This document shows, in pieces, positions 1 through 13,544 of a stretch of DNA of 64,000 nucleotides (position 1 is the stretch's first letter; every line of letters starts with the position of its first letter). The translations under genes and the position numbers were made by a program. Where the stretch lies: assembly GCA_964016885.1 (NCBI GenBank), contig OZ024741.1:390724001-390788000 (forward strand), read 5' to 3'. The stretch comes from Eledone cirrhosa. Its lineage: Eukaryota. The notes beneath the pieces are model-generated. The model saw only the letters and a list, made by a program, of their open reading frames with translations. It was not told the origin of the DNA and searched no databases.

Positions 1-2679
1 ACACCAGCTTAAGAATAAGAACATTAATTATTTTAATAAATCCCTCTAAGTTCTTCATTATTTTCAAAATTATTTGAAAATTATAGACAGCGTTTTATTA
101 GAAATATGGTAAAATGATTAAGGGGCATGTAGGCAAATAAAGCTGCAAATCAATCAGGGACAGCTGTTCAGATAATGAAAATAAAAATATGAAATGGGTT
201 GCTGCTAATAACATACAAAATTAAAATAAACCTTGGATGTAATTATATAATGATTTTATATGAATCTTTTTAAAGCCTTTTTTATTTTAAAGAAAAAATG
301 CCCTTCCTAAGGTAGTAAGTGATTTATTAATAAGCATATAGCAAATATTGCAAAATATTGATATACTACATCATAAACACGGAATCAGAAAATAAGACTG
401 ATGGTCCATACCGTTCTCAAGGACATTAGCAAAGTGAAGAAGTGAAATAGCTTCAATTTGGGATTGAAACAAGATTAGGGACTCAGCTACTCCAGTACTT
501 ATCTGTATTCCTATTGTATTCACCCTTAAATGTTGAAAACTTGTTACAGAACTTGTTTGGGAACAATTAAGAGTGTACAACTAGATCAGTAGAAAATAAG
601 AAAGTGGTGACATCAACATGGGATGTTATCTAGTTATCGGAGAAAGAAGTTTACTGGAACAGGGGGGAAATAAAAGAAGAAAAGGAAATAATACATGCAC
701 ATAAACAATTTATTCAAAAAAGATTCTGAAGATATATTTGTTCATTGCAAAGCTGTCTGCCAAAACTTCCATGTCAAAATAGTAAAGATTTGATTTATTC
801 ATCTCTTAGATATTGACCTAACCAAATGTATATAACTTCCCAAAAGAAAATTCCTATTAGATATCGTATTACCGATTTATAAATGTCTAACTAAACCACT
901 AAAGATCTTATGGAGGCCATTTCCATGATGAATTTTCAATGAAGTTTGTTTTTTGTGGGCGGTTTACATTAGCCAGTAACATCAATTAATGACAAAAAAA
1001 AAAAAAAAATATTTCTAAAAATTAAAGTCTCCTAGAAAAATATCATAGCAATATGAAGCAGTAGGGAAACTATCTAAATTGATTATAATTTCGTATTTTA
1101 TTTCATCAGTTATGGGGCCGTTTAGCATAAACATTGATCCTTATAGTAAATTATAAAATCCAATACAACTGATTAGATTTGTTGAACCAAGGATGGACTG
1201 CAGGAGAGAGGAGAAAAATAACTGAAACAAAACACGGATGTTCCGAAGTTATAAGAAAACGAAGAATATTTTGACTCAAGAATTTCTTAGGAATTGTTTG
1301 AAAGAGACCTTTAAAAAACCATTCGTTACTTTATGAAACAGGAAGGCGAGGAGGAGCAACAGACAATTTATGAATTTGAAATAATTATTTTAATCATGCA
1401 AACATGGCTGTCCCCAGAGTAAAAAAAAATCAACAACTCATTTTTTTTTTACTGCTCATTAGCTAAGCGAGTTGTTTTGAAATCTTAACCCAATGCCTTG
1501 TGTCAAGACAAAGGTTATTTTGTAGCAGTCACTAGCTACCACTAGAATGACCTTTGGTGGTACAAATGTGTCAATTATCCATGAGCAAAAATAGCATACA
1601 AGTAGTTGACCAGCAACAATGGACAATGTGACTAGAGAATGGAATCTGATCATAGGCGACAACTACTGATGCTATATAAACAAATTAACATATTCATCTG
1701 AAGGAGTTTGTTAGACTCAGATAACCTATTCAAAATATGTGCAAAATAAACATGATTTCCTTCAGAGAAATCATATATTATGCGTATATATTAACCTAGT
1801 CAGGTAGTGAATCGAACATGCTACAATTATTATACAATCGGCAACAAATAGCTAAAATAATTTTATGTACAGAGATTTTGTTTCAAACTAAGTTTAGCAG
1901 AATGCCAATTAACTAATACCGACCACATATTAGTCAGAACAATAATACTAAATAAATGCGTGGTGTATTATTTTGACCACAGTAGTTATTTCAAATATAC
2001 ACAATAGAATCTTATGAAAGAAACAATGCCTTCTGTATTGTTATATTAAGCCAATTATTTATTTGATAGAGCGTAGCAGAAGAAAAATATTCATGTCCTA
2101 ATTAAAAAGAAGTGAATAAGAAATATCAGGTGATCGAAATCGGTCGAAATAAAAAAAAAGACCACATTTCTGGGGAAGGAGGGCGTGAAGAAGTAGCTCT
2201 CGATATCATCTGACCATCTATTTCATCTACTAAGACAATCGTCAAAAACACCTCTTCTGTAGGATTTTCTTACTACAGTATTTTGTCGTGTGGTGGCAAC
2301 AAAATACATTTTGCTAAGTAGAATAAAAACCCAGCCACATATGATTTATTTATTTGCTTCCCACCAACGCGAGGAAAGGTTGTCATAGCCTCAATGTGAG
2401 CTTCAGGGAAATAACAATAGTCGGCTTTTCCTTCAATGGAACAAATGCTCGATCAACTGAGAAGTAATATTCGGAACCATCCAATCAACACATCTCCATA
2501 TATTATGACGAGTTTACTTTCTCAACATTGATCTAGGTATTTTCTTACTAAGAAGTGGACAAACCTATTACCAAAATAGAATTCGTCAAGGCTGTCACAA
2601 CATACATTTGAAATATTTTACTTGGCACCACATGAGTCAGTACAACACAGGTTTAGCTAAAACCATAAGTTAGGGAACC

Positions 2680-2869
2680 AAATCTTGAGAGGGACACTGT
2701 TGTCTTAACATAAAATCTAATCAATGATTCACTAATTACTATTACAAAAAAAATCAGATTTAACAGTTGTAGGATGGGATGCGTTTTTTTTTTTTGTTTT
2801 TTTGTAATAGTAATTAATGAATCATTGATTAGATTTTATGTTAAGACAACAGTGTCCTTCTCAAGATTT
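2680..2869. repeat. ~73-bp near-perfect inverted repeat with ~43-bp spacer
   Basis: 2680-2753 is the reverse complement of 2797-2869 with 2 mismatches seen. Confidence 0.9.
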
Positions 2870-3356
2870 TGACAAATGGTGAAATATTTAAGTGTTTGAA
2901 ATACCCTGATACATGTTGGGTTACAATCATTTTGAAAACTAAATAGTCAGTAAACAAAAGTTTGCAACGAAACAATGACAAATCTGAAGATTATTAGGAT
3001 ATAACAATATCCTAATAACGAATGGAAGTCAATTTAGATAATATCGGCCAGCTTCATTAATGTTTTATGTTTATTTATTATAACAGATAAATAAATAATC
3101 TGCAGTAAAAGAATTTCATAAGAGAGTTTCTACAGGGTGTGGAACTTAGTCACGGGAAATGAATCACATTAAAAGAAAACTAAGTTTCGGTTAGAGGGAT
3201 TAAATATGCGGAATTAAAATTTTTTTTATAAATTGAACATGTGGGATCTACGTAATAAGATTTGTCATTTATTTTATTATTCAGTGAAAAATATAAAAGG
3301 ATGCTGACAGGAAAAGAAGTACTGATCATATGAAGTAGTGAGTGCCATGTACTTAC

Positions 3357-3744
3357 CGGCGCCTGCACCGACAACGGTGGTAGTGGTTTGGGAACTGCTG
3401 GATATGGAAGATGGAGGTGGTGCACTACCTGTAGGTGTCTTGGTACCACTAGTTTGTAATAATCCTGTCTGCTGAGATGCTATTTGTTGCTGTGTTGTAT
3501 TTTGTTGTGGCTGGCTACTACCACCATTTCCTTCTGTTGGCACTTCAGGTGTATTGGGACTACTAGGATTCGAGGCGCTCATCCCAGCAGTATTGGGGGC
3601 ACTGGAGGTAGACACAACTGGTACAGAAGTGTTTTCGAGAGTGTTGGGTGTCACCATCGTAGGGGAAGTGTTTTTAGTGGTAGAGGAAGCCGTAGAGGTG
3701 TTCGAGCTAGCAGTCGCAAGCACATCCTTCACTTCCGTCGCCAT
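3357..3744 (-). CDS. First coding exon of an unidentified gene (S/T/P/Q-rich N-terminus, MATEVKDVLATASS...VVGAGA)
   Basis: ATG in strong context (ttcaacATGgcg) at 3744. Open 388 nt, GC-richer than the flanks, ending at a canonical G|gtaagt donor (3356-3351), phase 1. No downstream exon recognised in 1-3350. Confidence 0.75.
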
Positions 3745-3895
3745 GTTGAAGGAAGTTGGTCGGCGGTGACCAGCCACGGCACATATACCGATCCAAAATC
3801 AGTTTCACTTTTACAAATAATAAAATTATGAAACCTATTCTGAAGTATCATAAACTATGAGACATTAATCTCCCTCATCCACTTCCGGTGCAAAC
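3735..3895 (-). promoter_or_regulatory. Putative promoter of the minus-strand gene
   Basis: YY1-like AACATGGCG overlaps the ATG; ETS-like CCGGAAGT on - (acttccgg at ~3881-3888). Confidence 0.4.
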
Positions 3896-5829
3896 TTAAT
3901 TATACCTGTCTTCGTTTCTTCACTCGTTCAATGAAACGCCAATTTTTTTTTTTTTATATCGATTTATATCAGCAAATTTATAATTCAGTTTCAATAAAGG
4001 AGAAACAATACTTAATTGCCAACTGCTTGTTATACACAGTTTGATTATTTAGTAACTGCTATTTGCCCACAAACTAAGCCGAGGGTGTTCTGAACATAAA
4101 TACATAATAAAATATTAATAAGATAGTTGTGATGCAACTAATGTTGATGGTGTTTTTTGACTAGCCATATTCTAATGATAATTACAAGAAAATTAGAAAA
4201 AAGTAACGTCCGATTTGGTTGATGTATCTACACACCAATAATAATCCGTTGGATGAGATATTAATTCTAATGACAATCTGCACGGTAGAAACAAGGTTTA
4301 GAATAACAACATCTCATTTTGGTAATGTGGTACCTCTTTAGTATTTTGTACAATTATAGTGATAGCATCAATGGCGTGCAATGCAATGATATCCGACAGG
4401 GAGTGTCAATTGAAGTATTATAGATAGGCAGTATTGAATAATAGGCACTTTCCGTTGTGCTTTCGTGGTACATTCATGATAGTAACACCCTTGATCCTTC
4501 ATCCATTCGCTGTCTCCATTGTAGTGGGAATCTACAGGCCACAATGCCGGGTGCTACTAGTTGTTGTGATAGAGGTACAGTAATGCTAGTAGCAGCAGTA
4601 GTAGGTAAAGCCAATGATGTAGCAGTATTACTTAGTTCAGCCAGCAGCAATATCAGCTGCCGCCACATTGCCTGATTTTATTGAAGTAGCGCATGCGTAT
4701 CACGGGAAATTCCTAGCGATAATCCAACATGATTAGTGTGGGTGTAACAAGGGAAACAACTCTATTTTCTTACCAGTCTTACCACATAAGTATTGAACTT
4801 CCTATTCATATCCAAGTTACCAAGAACTGAATATATTAAATATTCGTGGTTATGCAACGATTTATTTGTGGGTATTTTATATTATAATAGTTAAACCAAA
4901 ATATTTAAACGGAATACTCTTAATTCGTATATTCTAACGAAGAATTTAATATCAAAAGTAATTTAGAATTATATATTTGGTCAAATTTTAAAATTAGGAA
5001 CATTATTAATATCAATGATAAAATATTGTTTGTTTGTTTTGTTTTTGTTTTTTTCAAGCAAAAGGAGATCCTATTCGTTTGATTGACGGAAAATTTATAT
5101 ACATATATTTAGCTATCTCTTGAAACGATTACTCAACATTTCAATTAGCTAGATTTTAAAGCAAGGTTTTCGCTTTATGTAATATTTGAATGTGATGGCT
5201 TATGGGCTTGTGGCATCTTACAATGCGATCCGTCAGAAAAATAGTTTAAATTCCTATACACACATATTAAAACCGTTCTTCATAATCACGAGTTTTAAAA
5301 GTTTGCTTTTCATAAAATAATAGTTTGAAGGGTTCTTTTTGTGTGTGTGTGTGTTTTTGTTTTTGTTTTTTTTGTATAACAATATGATTTAATAAATATA
5401 ATGTTTACGTTCTTTCGTGTTTGTTGCATTAAAGTTTCCTATTACTATACTTAACCGTTAAAATCTAAACGTAGAACCATTAATTAAGTTTTCTACTGTC
5501 CTTTCTTATCTTATATGTTTCCAGCTATCAGATCTAATTTACTGACACTAGCCAAAGCTCCCCTGTAATAACTATTAGCGATGTTGATACACATGTATCA
5601 GTTAGTACAAACGTTTGCTCATAAAGGTGTCGTATAGCTTCAAAATATGTTGTATCAAGCAAATGAGAGATAATTTCTCCCAGGATAAACAGCTAGTCTA
5701 CTGTTGGTAACATTTCCCAGAACATCTGGTGCCTATCCCACGCAGCCTGATGGACTAAAGCTCATATAATTAATGTTCCCTGATACACAATAGGCATAAT
5801 TACATCTTCAAGAAGATGCCTCTAATTCA

Positions 5830-6110
5830 TTCACTCTCGGTGAAGATAGCCTTGGTCAGGCGGCGTTGATGTCATCGAACGGTGTCCAATGTTAATTGGG
5901 TGTTTCAACCATAACTTTCTGGTGTGTCAGCAGTGGTGGCCAAATTACTGCCCATCTTCGCCTCCTGACTTCCTGCTTGCCTCCTTTCTCCTGCTCCAAA
6001 ACCAACAAGAGGCCCTTTCTGCTGCCTCCCTCATCCTGCAAACTTCTACTCTCTTCCTGGCATTCCAATGGCAGTGAGCGTTTTCCAATCCGTGAAGGTG
6101 AATACTTGAC
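5830..6110 (-). mobile_element. 3' fragment of a Hero/NeSL-like (restriction-like endonuclease) non-LTR retrotransposon
   Basis: Minus strand reads WKTLTAIGMPGRE...EAAERASCWFWSRRKEAS, resembling the C-terminus of Hero-type ORFs. Confidence 0.5.
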
Positions 6111-6429
6111 ATTCGAACTGTGACATTGTTGTTTCTTTTTCATTTCTTTTGTTCTTTTTTTTATTTTTATTGATTGATTTACCATTCTGAGATATGTCTA
6201 ACACATCAATTCAAATCTCATCATAGTTTAGTTAGACCTACATTTATTTTAACATTTTACTAACTTTATTTCGTTTGCATTTATAATATCAAAAATTCAT
6301 TAGATATATTATAATCATGATGTTTCACATCATGATTATAATAATGGAATCTTATAAATATAGCACACAAAAATATACAATCAAAGCGGAAAAAGACATT
6401 AATTCAGCGTTGTGTCAATTGGTCACACC

Positions 6430-6890
6430 CTACATGGGGCCGCGAAACCTCCCTCTAAAACATTTTGAGGCAAGCCAACAGCATTACCGCAGGTGATGAC
6501 AAGACTAAGGTACTACAACAACCAAACACCCTCATGGGCATCATCCAACACCTCGGTAAGGTGAGCCGCTAATGATGACAAGAACATCGTTGTCAGTGGC
6601 CCAACTCACCCAAATGTCTTGAATGCCACAGGCTGGAAGAAATAGTTTAACGATACTTTAGAATTTTATTTCATTCAGCTACATACAGAAGTAGTGACCC
6701 TCACATTTACCACAGTATCTAGGATGTGGGAGGGAGCAAAAGAGTCACTGACTGCGGCATCCCAGATGAGCCATCTTCCTCTAACTCAGAGACAAAGGGT
6801 AAGACCATCTTGTCTCCATCAATTCTGGATAATCCAGCCAGCTCCAAAACTGAAGGGATATTTACCCAAGCTAGGGCCTGCTTGATGATT
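6430..6890 (-). mobile_element. CRE-like non-LTR retrotransposon, REL endonuclease fragment
   Basis: Minus strand reads IIKQALAWVNIPSVLELAGLSRIDG..DGLTL..RGRWLIWDAAVSDSFAPSH...YFFQPVAFKTFG, a decayed PD-(D/E)xK motif typical of CRE elements. Confidence 0.6.
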
Positions 6891-7334
6891 AGGGTTGGTA
6901 AAGTACAAATAATTTAATGGTATTGAGTTAGTTGGTTATTAAGCATACGCATTATTAAAATATTAGGCCTTACATATAATAACTGTTGTGAGTCTTATTA
7001 TATTTCTTCCTCTTTCTGTCCCTCTTTTACGTAGGTAGCTTTGTATTTCATCCCTAAAAGATTGATAAAATGAATACCAGGTATATACTGAGGTTTATGT
7101 AATCAACTTTATCTCTTAGTTTTATATCTATTCAGAAAACATTGATATAATACTATCAGGTAATAGTAAGTTCCAGAAAGGCTGAATTCTTGAACCACTT
7201 TCAATATGTGATTATAGTTCTTGCACTTCATTTGGTATTTACAAATGCTCTCGAGAAAGATACAAACATCACACTAGAGGTGTATGTGAAGGCAAATGTG
7301 ATATGTTTATGTAGTTAAAAATACAAGAGCTTTT

Positions 7335-8890
7335 AATATAATAATGAAATTATTATGTACAGTGCTCAGGTGCACTACAACTCATCAAAGGTGCATGTAT
7401 AGTACATAGAATAATGTACAAATGTCAGGAAAATGAACAGTGTACGAGTCATGAAATACGTGTGTGTGTGTGTGTATGGAGGGGGGACATCAGGCGTAGT
7501 GTTGGCGAATCTCAGGAAGCATGGAGGTTTTAAAGGATGCAGTGTCTCGACAGCTAACAACTGATGCAGGTAGTTTGTTCCATGCTTCAGCAACTCTGAA
7601 CGTGAAAAAATGTTTCCGAAAGTCATGGGAGCTGTAATGTTTTCTGAATTTGTAGGCATGCCCACGTGTGTTAGATTCATGGAAATCAAAGAGGTACTCA
7701 GGGCTGTTGTTGGCAAGATGGTTAGTAATTTTGTGGGTGTTTACCAAGTCAGTTGCCAGGCGTTGGAGCTTCAATGTATCCATGCCCAGGGAAGCAAGGC
7801 GTTCAAAGTATGGTAGATGCCTGATGGAGCGTATTTGCTTGGTTGCATGTCTCTGAACAGTTTCCAGGTAGTCAATGTTCTGAGCAAGATAGGGGTTCCA
7901 GACTGGTGATGTAAATTCTAAGTGTGGCTGCACCATAGCTATATACAACTTTAAATAGATAGCTGGAAAGTGACTGACAAAGGTCTTGTTGAGTGATGCT
8001 AAGACACCCTCGGCCTTCTTGACAATTTTAGAAACATGCTTCGTCCAACGCAAATCGCTGCTGACAGTAATGCCCAGGTCACGCTCACAAGAAGACTTCT
8101 TGATATTAGTGTTGTGGAGGGAGTATGTGGATGCTGGGTTCTTACTCCCAAAATGCATGGTGATACACTTGTCCACAGCCAGCTTCAGTTGCCAGTCTAT
8201 GATCCATTGTTGCATTGTGTCCAGGTCAGATTGCAGGAAAGATCTATAGTGTTCAGGATCTGTCTTTTTTATCTCAAGGTACAGCTTGATATCATCTGAA
8301 TATTTCAGTACTGTGGCATTCTTTAAGTTGGTATCTATGTCATTAAAATATGCCACAAACAAAAGGGAGCCAAGAACAGATCCTTGTGGTACACCAGATG
8401 ACATTTCATATGGTCAGGAATGCTGTCCTAGAACCGTGACTACCTCTCTTCGACTGAGAATGAAGGACTTCAACCAGTTATAAAGATCAGCTCTCACACC
8501 CATTGCAGAGAGTTTTGCCATAAGTCTTTTGTGTGGCACAGAATTAAAAGCTTTAGCAAAGTCAAGGTAAACAACATCCACCCATGAGCCGCCATCAGTG
8601 ATCCGGGTGATGTCTTCAAGAAACTCGATAAGTTGATCATAGCAGCTGGAGTTAGGGATAAATCCAAATTGTGACGGGTGGATAAGCCTGTGAGAGTTCC
8701 AGAAGTTCCAAAGTGTTTCTCTGACACAGGATTCCATCAGTTTGGCAATGCAGCTAGTAAGACTGTCTGGACGATAGTTGACAGGTGACATGCGGTCACC
8801 CTTTTTGAACAGAGGAATGACACTGGCAGTTTTCCACTGCTCTGAAGTAGCACCATTGTTCAGACAGAATTGGAAGAAGTGTGGTTGCAT
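7335..8890 (-). mobile_element. 5'-truncated CR1/L2-type LINE, RT domain (disrupted)
   Basis: ORFs 8414-8890 (VYLDFAKAF) and 7490-8404 (GVPQGSVLG, YSDD, RGHAYK...FFTFRVAEAWNKLP). Second copy at 31.8-33.0 kb. Confidence 0.9.
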
Positions 8891-9120
8891 TTTCTATGAA
8901 TGTTTTAAGCTGTTCTTACATGTCTACTGAGATAGCTGGGGCATAATCACAGCTTGAAACTTTCATAGCAAGACTCCTGTATGCTTACCTCTATGGTGAA
9001 CAACATCTTTAGTGCTTCTACCAATTATATGTCATGCTATCATATTTTCTTTTACATTTAAATTTCATGTTCTTTCTCTATTACACAGACACACACACAC
9101 ACATATATATATATATGTAT

Positions 9121-9161
<41 letters not shown>

Positions 9162-9710
9162 CAAGCAAGCATGGAAAAGCAGACATAAAATGATGATGAA
9201 ACAAAATTAGAATTTGATTTCTTGCTCTATCATAGCAGATTACATAAATGTAAGTATAGGTTATATCGAATAATAATAATCTAGTAGCAGAAAGGTATAG
9301 AGTCCTGATGAAGGGTAATGACCCAGAAACATGATATTTCCTCAATGCTACTGTCGAACAAACAGATGGTGATAGCCATCAAAGCACAGCAAATTATATA
9401 TCATTATTTATTTATTTATTAATGACTACAAAATCAAATTAGTTACAAAATGTTCCTTTTAACTAATTACTTGATTTATTTCATTTGCTGCATAGAAAAT
9501 AAAAATATATTTTAAAATATAAGGCCCCTGAGGGTGTGTGGCCCTAAGCTATAACTTATAGATAAGTTCAGTACTGATGCTGACACTACAGTTAGTCAAA
9601 CTTTTCATTACTATATTTATAATGAAATATACTGTATGTGGATTAAATAATGCAGAATTTGGAGAGATTTACTAAAATAATTAATTACTTCTTTATTAAA
9701 ATAGTATCTG

Positions 9711-9855
9711 AGGATGGTGGGTTGGCAGAAACGTTAGAGTGCCAGACAAAATGCTTTGTAGTATTTGGTCCAGCTTTTTGCATTCTAAGTTCAAATCCCA
9801 CCATGGTTAGCTTTGCCTTTCATTTTTACAGAGTTAATACAATAAAGTACTAATT
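9711..9855 (+). mobile_element. tRNA-derived SINE family 1 (other copies ~19130-19230, 24987-25150(-), 30272-30480, 33904-34115)
   Basis: A-box-like tggcagaa.cgttag, B-box gttcaaatcc, shared body ctttgcctttcat...gataaaataaagtaccag. Confidence 0.7.
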
Positions 9856-11409
9856 GAGTGTTATTAAGTTGTCTAGTCCTCTTTTCAAAATGTTTTGAAC
9901 ATTAATGACATGATGTGCATGAACAACGATCGCTAGGTGAAGAAGTACCAGGAAATCCCTGTGGAAGGAAACCCAATAGAGGTACACTAAGGAAGACCTG
10001 GGCAGAGGTGGTGAAAGCTGATCTTAAATTGCTAAGACTCTCAGGGGAGATGTCAAAGGAACATAGCAAGTGGAGAGATGCTGTGTTGAAAAGGACCTGT
10101 CCAACCCATGCAAGTATGTAAAAACAATGATGATGATGATGATGATCTGTAAGAATAACAGAAGATTTAGGGATGTCATAAGCTGAAAGTATAAGAAGAG
10201 TGCAAAGTAACAATACTTATGATTGGAAGTGAAATGAAGGAATTTCAATACTGTTCAATCTAATATATAGAACACTAGGAACTGAATGTCTATTTAATCA
10301 TTTCATTACCATATTTCTAATGAAAGACGGTCCTTGTAATTTTCAAATAATTTTGAAAATAATCAAAACATTTGGAGGAATTTAATAATTTTATAAAGAC
10401 TCTCATTATTTATTTATTTAATCAATTTAAGTGTCTGTGTAGAGCTAGTAAGCCGTGATAGACTGGGGGAAGTATCTAGTAGTTTTTACAGTTGGGAAAC
10501 AAAAAACAAGATAGAGATAAGTGAATATAAAAATGAAAAAATAAAGTTTAAAAGAATAAAGAAAGAAGGCCAATGGGAAGCAAAATACACATAAAACAAA
10601 AAGTAAAATAAAATTATAAGAGAAAGATTTAGATAAATATAAACACTTTAAAATAAATAGCATTGTACCATGGAACCATGTCTTCTCACTATGGCATGTG
10701 AAAATATCCAAATTTACAAACTATACACCAACATATGCATTTTTTATTGGAATACATTCTTACTAAATGCAGGAAATATTAGCAAATAATATTTCATTGA
10801 CACCCACATAAGAAAGCAAGCAGTTTTATGTCTAAAAGCTGAAGAAAATAATCTTTTAACCTAAAATTATCAAGAGATTAAAGTTGCAACTGAAGTCAAA
10901 TGAAGCCTTCAGTTCTGTCCAAATTTCAACCAGTGTTTCTGAAGGAAGGTTATACTAAATTTTCAAGCTGTCTGTGTTGTTAAGTATTTCCCGTATTTGT
11001 TTTGTATCATGTTTTCAAGCTCCTTCAAAAAGCCATCAGAAAAGAACAAATCATATCAGCCTGATTATTTAGGGTTTGACCAAATCTAAGCATCATACAC
11101 TCCCTCTACTATGATAGAATATATACAAGTGTATGTAATGGTAAAATGCATGTAGCAGAAATATGTGATTGATAAATGGGTGGTATTGGCTCTTAACACA
11201 TGGAATAATAACTTGGTATATTGCAACAAACCTTTCCTTACATCCTTGGAAAAAATATTTAATTTTTCACAGAAACATTGCAAATTGTTATAATTTTTAT
11301 TTTAGAAATTTTAAAGTAATGTTCTAAATATCAGCTTACTACTGAAAAACTCAAAATTAATTGTAATACATAGGCAGTGTGTTTCATTAACAATATGGTA
11401 ATGACAGGG

Positions 11410-11660
11410 TTAACCCTTTCATTACCATATTTCCAATGAAGGACACTGCCTATGATTTTCAAATAATTTTGAAAATAAAAATTTGTAAGGATTTTAAAAA
11501 TATAACTATTTTTCTCCTTATTTATCAAATGTTTGGAACATAACTTAACAAAAGTCCTCACATAAAATTATGATGGAAGATTTTAAAATAAATATAAACA
11601 TTTTAAAACAAACAGTTCGTACTATAGAGCAGGGTGGGGAGCAGTTTTGCAGAAATTTAA
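11410..11660. mobile_element. AT-rich MITE family with TTAA-CCCTTT ends (piggyBac-like); many decayed copies (e.g. 1-120, 10300, 26880-27110, 42050-42370)
   Basis: Recurrent ttaaccctttcattaccatatttc start and aaagggttaa end. Confidence 0.5.
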
Positions 11661-12169
11661 ATTGAAAATAGCCAGATTTATTTTTTTTTAAATATTAATA
11701 GTTCTCAAAAAAATAAGTAAAACAATTATAATTGCACATATAATAATACTGAATACAAGCAGCTGAAACGGGGTTGCTCCAACGGATCTTTGGAGTAACA
11801 TTACTCAATAGAGTGCACAACTCAGAGACCAGAGAGTTGCTCCAAGGCACTACTCCTCTGAACTGAGAGATCACAGCTCCAATACATGTGGTTAGAATGT
11901 CTCAGGAAAGAATCACTAGACAGATTTTATGGGCAAAATGGGCTGGCAGGAGATGCAGAAGTAGACCCTGAGCAAGATGGTTGGATAGCATCCATGAGCT
12001 CAGCTGGTCTCACTTGGGGATCTAGCCAAATCAATTGGAGATAGTTGCTTTTGATAGGACCTGCTGAAAGGTGCGCATGAGGACGCTGCTTCCACGACCT
12101 TCAAAGTGAAGAAGAAAAAGAAGAAGGACTAGCATCTAAAATGTTAAGACTCTTTTCCTACTATATCAA

Positions 12170-13130
12170 GTGTAAAAACAATAATATATTTCTTCATCAT
12201 ACTGTGTTGTTTGCTTTGTTATTTTTGTTGGCCTTTTGCATACATTTATATATATAACTACATGCAGTTCCCTGATTATAACCAAAGAGACAAGATCAAG
12301 GTGTACAAAACCATTATGGAGAATGATATGAATGGGATTTTCCCACAATGCAGGAACAAATCAAGAAATAGTAAAGAAAGAACTAAGAAAACGATAGGGA
12401 AGGCCAACTAAATGACAGCTAAAAATACCAGAGTGTCATGTTCGTCGGTGCTACACCGAGAGGTTAACTAGCGTATCATTTTAGAAGAGCTTTAGAAAAA
12501 AATGAACCTAAGGATTAAAGTAGTAGAAAAACCAGGAGCTACCTTAAAATCACAGATCAGAAAGACATACCCCTTTAGGAAAATAAATCCCTGCACTGAT
12601 AGAAACTGTATAGTCTGTAAAATAAGCCCAAAGATAAACTTTAAAACTAGAAATATAGTCTACATGATAAGATGTACAGAGGAACGATGCAGAAACAAGA
12701 CAACAACATACATAGAAGAGACAGCCCTTATTATAGGAGAGAGATCAAAGCAACACTGGCAAGAACTTAAGGAGGAGAAAAGCTCATCAGTGCTATACCA
12801 ACATGCAAAAATCCTAGCCTCAACAGAAAATATGAGTGGAATAGTAACATTGTACAACTGAAGTCATAATAAAGACACAAACAGCAAAACAGCATAAAAC
12901 ACACATAGACAAGCCAAACCAAAAATACATACACACACACAGATACGAAACACAAAACACACACCACAAAACAAAGACAAGATGGAGTAGAAGTTTAAGA
13001 GCAGGAAAAAGAGGACGCACAAAAAAATAATTATTGAGGAGGTCACAGAATGTGTAACAAACAAAGGAATAACGAACAATGAGGATAAAGATAAAATTAT
13101 ATGGTGTGTGTGTTTTTTCTATTAATACTG
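12170..13130 (+). mobile_element. Penelope-like element fragment (GIY-YIG endonuclease) with decayed hammerhead
   Basis: ORF 12502-12861 reads C..C..C...NIVYMIRC...TYIEET..IGERSKQH. Downstream ttgaggaggtcacagaatgtgtaacaaac resembles a degenerate CTGANGA...GAAA core. Confidence 0.75.
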
Positions 13131-13161
13131 GCAACATGACCACTCCCATATATAATAATAT

Positions 13162-13199
<38 letters not shown>

Positions 13200-13202
13200 T
13201 AC

Positions 13203-13241
<39 letters not shown>

Positions 13242-13544
13242 TTCATGAGTTTTATGTATCTGCTATGTTAGAGTGAAAACAAATTTTGTTTATATGTGTG
13301 TGTATATATATATATATATATGGGTGTGTGTCTAACCCATGCTAGTGTAGAAAATGGACGTTAAACGATGATGATGATGATGATATATATATATGTGTGT
13401 GTGTGTGTTTTATTTTGTTTTGCTGTTTGTGTCTTTATTATGACTTCAGAGAAATTTAGCATACAGGTCAGTGTGGTTATATATATATATATGTGTGTGT
13501 GTGTTTTATGCTGTTTTGCTGTTTGTGTATTTATTATGACTACA

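Noticed and set aside
371-1662. Short minus-strand ORFs as further exons of the unidentified gene
   Set aside because: No convincing splice signals or recognisable protein features.
3484-3831. Plus-strand ORFs overlapping the minus-strand exon
   Set aside because: Antisense shadows of a low-complexity coding exon.
9300-9345. Hammerhead-like ctgatga-agggtaatgaccca-gaaac
   Set aside because: Core and stem II are present but stem I does not pair; probably a dead Penelope remnant.
12820-13276. YIYIYI/CVCV-rich ORFs here and elsewhere
   Set aside because: Translations of (TA)n and (TG)n microsatellites.
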